A DNA stretch of 64,000 bases, taken from positions 1 through 64,000 of IMG/VR virus record IMGVR_UViG_3300037010_001286; one strand, written 5' to 3'. Position numbers and translations under genes: made by a program. The DNA comes from a virus. The notes below the pieces were generated by a model, which had not been told where the DNA came from, made no database searches, and was given only the letters and a program-made list of their open reading frames with translations. This document shows positions 59,721 through 64,000 of the stretch, piece after piece. Position 1 is the first letter of the stretch, and every line of letters starts with the position of its first letter.

Positions 59721-60390
59721 CTTTAGCTAACTCTAACTCCATTTGATTTTTCTTCTTAGTTTCTATACTATTATTTATTAATACAGAAAATGTACAAAAA
59801 GTTTGTGTTTGGTCAAACCACCCGCCTGGGTCAGGTAAGAAGCCAGCCTTAAATATATTATAAGCCTCAATACCTACAGATAAAATATTAAAGTCCATAT
59901 CATAAACTGGACAGTGTGTATATAGATTATTATTTATAATCAATTTAAAATCCGGGGATTTATCCTGCTCCCCCAAAAATCCACAGTTTCTACTACTTTG
60001 TAATCTTTTTCTCTTACATACTTCACAATTCCAATTTTCTGATGATAAAACATCAGAAAAATATAAGTCTGAAGTTGTAATAAGACTTTGATAGTCTTTT
60101 TGGCTTAAACTGGATACTTTTATAATATAGGCTGCAATCTCTTTCATAATGGAACTTGAAAATGCAGAAAAGTGTAATACACTATCTTCTACTGTTTCTA
60201 TCCTTACAATAGCTATCTCACATACCCTATAAACATATTCTTCAGTTTTCCCTGAGTTATATATAGCAGTAACAGTATTAAGTTCACGTAGGGATAATGT
60301 ATTAAATATAACAGTAACCTCCGGTATAGAGGCTTCCTGATATACTATAGGAGTATAATAGTGAAGTTGTTTATGCAGTAGCACTTGCAA
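59707..60390 (-). CDS. Tail assembly chaperone 2 with Cys motif
   Basis: CEVC...C...CP; GFLPDPGGWFDQ; precedes tape measure; start uncertain. Confidence 0.7.
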   Translation of the reverse strand: MQVLLHKQLHYYTPIVYQEASIPEVTVIFNTLSLRELNTVTAIYNSGKTEEYVYRVCEIAIVRIETVEDSVLHFSAFSSSIMKEIAAYIIKVSSLSQKDYQSLITTSDLYFSDVLSSENWNCEVCKRKRLQSSRNCGFLGEQDKSPDFKLIINNNLYTHCPVYDMDFNILSVGIEAYNIFKAGFLPDPGGWFDQTQTFCTFSVLINNSIETKKKNQMELELAKVKQG

Positions 60391-60802
60391 CAGTCTCTGT
60401 GCTAAACGTACCTAAAAATAGGTCTGTATGCTCAGGTTTACGAGTAATATTAGCAATTACATTTGCAATTTCAGTAATAATGTCAAAAGGGAGAGCCTCA
60501 ATAGAGCTATCGTCCATAAATCCATTTGCGTCTTTTACAAATTTCAATTGAGCTGAGTTTTTATCAGTGATATTTTCCCAACCAACTACACCACGTTTAA
60601 CTAAACCCCAGTTAAATGAACCTGATGCAAAACTAATTGTAGCATCATCTTGACTTACTTTTGTAAGACCGTCCTCAAGTTTAGTGAAACTTTTCTTATC
60701 AAGTCGTTTAATTGTTACAGAAAATGGACTTTCATCGCCTCTACAAGATACAGGAATGTATTTAAAAGTTTCAGAATTATTTGAATTTGTAATTAATGCC
60801 AT
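60371..60802 (-). CDS. Tail assembly chaperone
   Basis: GVVGWENI; follows tail tube gene. Confidence 0.75.
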   Translation of the reverse strand: MALITNSNNSETFKYIPVSCRGDESPFSVTIKRLDKKSFTKLEDGLTKVSQDDATISFASGSFNWGLVKRGVVGWENITDKNSAQLKFVKDANGFMDDSSIEALPFDIITEIANVIANITRKPEHTDLFLGTFSTETVASATA

Positions 60803-60822
60803 AATTTCTCCTTAATTTAATC

Positions 60823-60846
60823 AAAAGTAGAGGGTATAGAACCCTC
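60823..60846 (-). terminator. Terminator after tail tube gene
   Basis: GAGGGT/ACCCTC stem with T-run on minus strand. Confidence 0.6.
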
Positions 60847-60853
60847 AATTAGT

Positions 60854-61882
60854 TTACATATGTGCTATATAAACAGCCTCACCTAGAGTTGCATCTTCAT
60901 AAGCTTCAAATTCAATTTTGTTTTCAAGAATACCATCAGCATTTTCAATAGAAACAGAGGTATATCGAACACGAGGGAACCAAATAGCAAACTTATGTGA
61001 GCCTGATGTCATCTCTAGATAAACAGAGGCGTCTGTATTATTTTTAAACTTATTAAGCTCAGAGTAATCAGAGAAAACAACTGATAAGGAACCTTTAATT
61101 TGTTTCTTAGTAATAGCTTTTGCAGTAATACCAGCAGAAGTAATAGCTTCACGGTCTACAACAGTATTATCAATTGAGAAAGAAAGGTCTTTTGCCTCGT
61201 AATTTACCCCACTAATTGTAAATGTAGCGTTTTTACCAACATAAGGGTTTTCAACAAGAGCAGTACCTGAAATAATTGGCTCCCCTGAAGCAGTTGTATA
61301 ACCCGAAGCACCTAAATCAAAAGAAATAGAAGCAACATTCGCAACTGGAAAGTCAAACTTGACACTTGAAGGAACAACCCCAGTATAAGTAATAGTTTGA
61401 CTATCACTAGCATCACACCCAAGGAATTGTTTAATAGCTAAGGAAGGTTGACTTCCACAAGGTTTAGCAAGTTTGTATAAAGTTGCTACACCAGTATCAG
61501 AAGCTCCAGCTTCATAAATCTGTTTAGCAGGAGTATGACCAGCATCAGAATATCCAATAAATGCACCTGCTGCAAGACCCGGAGCTTCTACAATACCAAG
61601 AGCAACTTCTAAAAGGGCAGAACCATTTAGAGCTGTACTTCCGGTACCAAGAGGGATAAGCTCAACGCCACATTTTCCACTTCCAAAGATTTTTCCAGCC
61701 ATTTTAGGTTGGGATACGAAAGAGTTCTTAATAGCTTTACGCTCAATAGAGTCTCCTTCAGGTTTGAGTGCGGTATCAGATGTTACTTCAACAACGTCAG
61801 ATGAATGGAATGTACCACCAGCATTAAATGTTGATTCTTTAATGATTGCATAAACCGCACTATTAGAACGATAAAGAGCCAT
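60854..61882 (-). CDS. Major tail tube protein
   Basis: KESTF N-terminus, LSFSIDN, IKGSL, FPRVRY; position. Confidence 0.85.
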   Translation of the reverse strand: MALYRSNSAVYAIIKESTFNAGGTFHSSDVVEVTSDTALKPEGDSIERKAIKNSFVSQPKMAGKIFGSGKCGVELIPLGTGSTALNGSALLEVALGIVEAPGLAAGAFIGYSDAGHTPAKQIYEAGASDTGVATLYKLAKPCGSQPSLAIKQFLGCDASDSQTITYTGVVPSSVKFDFPVANVASISFDLGASGYTTASGEPIISGTALVENPYVGKNATFTISGVNYEAKDLSFSIDNTVVDREAITSAGITAKAITKKQIKGSLSVVFSDYSELNKFKNNTDASVYLEMTSGSHKFAIWFPRVRYTSVSIENADGILENKIEFEAYEDATLGEAVYIAHM

Positions 61883-61913
61883 GTAATGTCCTTTGAGATT
61901 AGTATGTCATTCT

Positions 61914-61922
61914 TATTATCGT
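61914..61922 (-). promoter_or_regulatory. Putative late promoter -10 (ACGATAATA)
   Basis: Intergenic, upstream of tail tube RBS. Confidence 0.6.
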
Positions 61923-61940
61923 AGAGTATCTAAAATAGTG

Positions 61941-62351
61941 TTAAACAAGCCGTTTTATGTATCTAATTTGTAATTGTAATTGAGCAATTGAATATGGCAT
62001 TAGAAGGCCTCCGTCTCTTTTAAAAGAAGTTATCATTCCCTCAACACAATTAGTCTTAATATATGTATTAGCTTCAATAACTCCTTGAGTTACTTCAACT
62101 AAATCTGACAAGTTATCTTCTGTATTAGACCCACGTTGTTTATTATATATATAAATAGGAATATTTGCAGAAATAAATGCTTTACTATTAGTAAGATTTT
62201 CTCTATTTACAGTGTCACTTTCATAAACAATAGCTATAGCAGGAAACTCTTTAATATCAGTCCATACTGGGATAATATTTTTATATACTTTTTTGAACTG
62301 TCTAGTATTTTCTAAATCCACACAAATCGCATCTATAACTTCTGTTCTCAT
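61941..62351 (-). CDS. Tail terminator/completion protein
   Basis: FPAIAIV...E...DGGLL.PY; position. Confidence 0.7.
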   Translation of the reverse strand: MRTEVIDAICVDLENTRQFKKVYKNIIPVWTDIKEFPAIAIVYESDTVNRENLTNSKAFISANIPIYIYNKQRGSNTEDNLSDLVEVTQGVIEANTYIKTNCVEGMITSFKRDGGLLMPYSIAQLQLQIRYIKRLV

Positions 62352-62884
62352 AGTTGACCTCTCATTAAAATTAAATCATCTAATATATCATGCATCGATG
62401 GTATTTCCTTACCACTCTCATCTAAAAACCTCTCAATATCTGTTCGTTTTAACATAGCTTTATCCATCCAATTCTCCCAGCTAGGAGTAGTTCCATCTTT
62501 TCTTTTTGGAGAACCATTATTAGTATATTCAGCATAGTCTAATTTTTGTCCATTAGCAATACCAACACTAGCAACAATACTAATAATACGTTTTGTTTCT
62601 GAAGTATTAAATCTTGATGTAACATCCGCTCTAATAGTATCTCTAAGGCTTGGTTTATTACCGCCATTAAAGTGAGGAGCATCAGAGTCATCAGGGCGTT
62701 GTTTATGTTGTTTTATAATATTTTCAGCAGCAGGAACAGATAGTTTCTTATAAAGTTCTTTCTTCCATTTTGTTACCTCTTCATTTGCAATAATTCCAAA
62801 ATTTTTTGCAATATCATCTGTTATCTTATTTAAGCTAAGAATAAAATGTTTAGCTAATTTATAAGAAGTACCAGGGGTAAACAT
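62348..62884 (-). CDS. Neck protein (HK97 gp10-like)
   Basis: LRDTI...YAEYTNNG; position. Confidence 0.6.
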   Translation of the reverse strand: MFTPGTSYKLAKHFILSLNKITDDIAKNFGIIANEEVTKWKKELYKKLSVPAAENIIKQHKQRPDDSDAPHFNGGNKPSLRDTIRADVTSRFNTSETKRIISIVASVGIANGQKLDYAEYTNNGSPKRKDGTTPSWENWMDKAMLKRTDIERFLDESGKEIPSMHDILDDLILMRGQL

Positions 62885-62886
62885 AA

Positions 62887-63432
62887 TTAAAGCTTAAATA
62901 TTTTAAATGCTTGAAGGGTTGTATCAGTTAAGTAAGAAATTTTATCTACTGGTCTAACTGATTGTTTAATATCTGAAGATACCATAGAGAAATTTTCTAA
63001 GTTCTTAGTAATATCTGTATACATTTTTTTACCAATAGAAAACATAGCATTTAATAAACTAGGAGGAATATCAGTATAATTTGTAAAACCTACACTGTAA
63101 GTAATAATAATATTATCTACACCAGTAGGAAAAGTATTATCAGGAATATAAATACTGTTTCCAGTTGTTATAATACTTGATATATCTAAAGCTACACCAC
63201 CTACTATAATAGAGTTTACACTTGTAATTCTACCTTTTGTAGTATAAAGTTTTTTAGAATTTTTGCCATCATGATATTCTACAAGAGTACGTGGGTTTAT
63301 AGAAATATCGTAGGTATTATAGATATAGTCTTCAACTTGAGCAAGTAGTTGAGAAGCAAAAGAAATAATTTCAACATCTTCCCCGGAAATATCTAAATAC
63401 TGAATGAAATAGGCAATTAACTCCGGGGTCAT
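62887..63432 (-). CDS. Head-tail adaptor
   Basis: EYHDG...FPTG..NI.ITY..GF....IP..L. Confidence 0.75.
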   Translation of the reverse strand: MTPELIAYFIQYLDISGEDVEIISFASQLLAQVEDYIYNTYDISINPRTLVEYHDGKNSKKLYTTKGRITSVNSIIVGGVALDISSIITTGNSIYIPDNTFPTGVDNIIITYSVGFTNYTDIPPSLLNAMFSIGKKMYTDITKNLENFSMVSSDIKQSVRPVDKISYLTDTTLQAFKIFKL

Positions 63433-63444
63433 ATATAATCCTTA

Positions 63445-63645
63445 TTACTTTTTAGTAAATTTATCTTCTTCTGTTACATCTTCCACTTTATCTTTAGTAG
63501 CTTTTACTGTTTTAACTTCAGAAAAAACCTCAGGAAATGTATTTAAAAGATACTTAGCATCTTTGTCAGCAACTGTGTATTGACAACCAGTAACAAAATC
63601 AATATCAACAGCTGTAATACCTTTACCAGTAAATAATAATTCCAT
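63445..63645 (-). CDS. Small head-associated protein
   Basis: Follows capsid, AAGGA RBS. Confidence 0.6.
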   Translation of the reverse strand: MELLFTGKGITAVDIDFVTGCQYTVADKDAKYLLNTFPEVFSEVKTVKATKDKVEDVTEEDKFTKK

Positions 63646-63696
63646 TTATATTCCTTAAATCTTAACTCAGACATGATGCACATGCCTCGGCTAAAA

Positions 63697-63724
63697 TAAA
63701 AAGAAAGAGTGGGAATACCCACTC
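63697..63724 (-). terminator. Terminator after capsid gene
   Basis: GAGTGGG/CCCACTC stem with T-run on minus strand. Confidence 0.75.
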
Positions 63725-63729
63725 AGTTC

Positions 63730-64000
63730 TTAAAGATTTACAACTGCAACTACAGGAGTAGCAACAACTGAAAGTTTTTTGAAGTCAAGATCACGGTAAC
63801 CAACATAAAGAGTTGAACTTGAAACAGCTTTACGCTCTTCTTCAAGACCAACTGCTCCACGGTCAGCAATACCGAAGAAACGTTTATTAACAACAAGTAC
63901 CGCAGTTTTAGTTCCAGGAGTAGTAGTATCAACTACACCAAGAGCAGTCAAGTTACTAGGGATATAAGCAGAAGCAACGATTGGCATACCATATAGTTTA
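63730..64000 (-). CDS. Major capsid protein, C-terminal fragment
   Basis: KLYGMPIVAS...ADR...R.DF HK97-type ending; truncated by window edge. Confidence 0.8.
   Translation of the reverse strand, partial: KLYGMPIVASAYIPSNLTALGVVDTTTPGTKTAVLVVNKRFFGIADRGAVGLEEERKAVSSSTLYVGYRDLDFKKLSVVATPVVAVVNL

Noticed and set aside
60371-60420. Canonical -1 tail-chaperone frameshift
   Set aside because: Downstream ORF is in the +1 frame with an in-frame TAG just upstream and no slippery heptamer in the open overlap; independent start is simpler
2548-63932. Antisense or alternate-frame ORFs (e.g. 2548-2847, 29502-30008, 32901-33122, 35754-36095, 40524-40832, 44770-45091, 58242-58676)
   Set aside because: Overlap well-supported genes, lack RBS or motifs, or are shadows of coding repeats
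1-64000. Prophage/host junction, integrase, reverse transcriptase or DGR
   Set aside because: No host genes, att-linked integrase, RT motifs or template/variable repeat pair seen

Overview
A 64-kb AT-rich segment of a tailed dsDNA phage with a siphovirus-type tail. It probably starts near the left or early end of the genome and ends inside the major capsid gene. The host is probably a Campylobacterota bacterium, inferred from TTTAAG/TATAAT-style promoters and an SSB tail (PQIDIDEDDIQF) resembling that phylum's SSB tails. Layout: (i) 1-14 kb (+), early genes behind tandem sigma70 promoters, with ten copies of a 23-bp palindrome, pentapeptide, GP88-like, rIIA/rIIB, a frameshifted lytic transglycosylase and ThyX; (ii) 14.1-15.8 kb, three tRNAs, an HNH endonuclease and several unexplained structured elements; (iii) 17-27 kb (+), SF2 helicase, ClpP-like protease, family A DNA polymerase, DnaB and primase; (iv) 27-34.6 kb (-), FliA-like sigma factor, SbcCD, acyl carrier protein, SSB, dNMP kinase and flap nuclease; (v) 35-36.6 kb (+), ColE2-type Rep and RuvC behind a leader with two alternative folds; (vi) 36.7-64 kb (-), fibres, lysis, tail tip, tape measure, tail tube, neck and capsid. 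Best leads are the Rep module with its switch-like leader, a ~300-nt candidate ncRNA, a probable programmed -1 frameshift, the early palindrome array, the sigma factor with a matching late-promoter motif (ACGATWATA), and two apparently inactive DNA-ligase homologues. All calls are by-eye motif recognition; no database searches were run.
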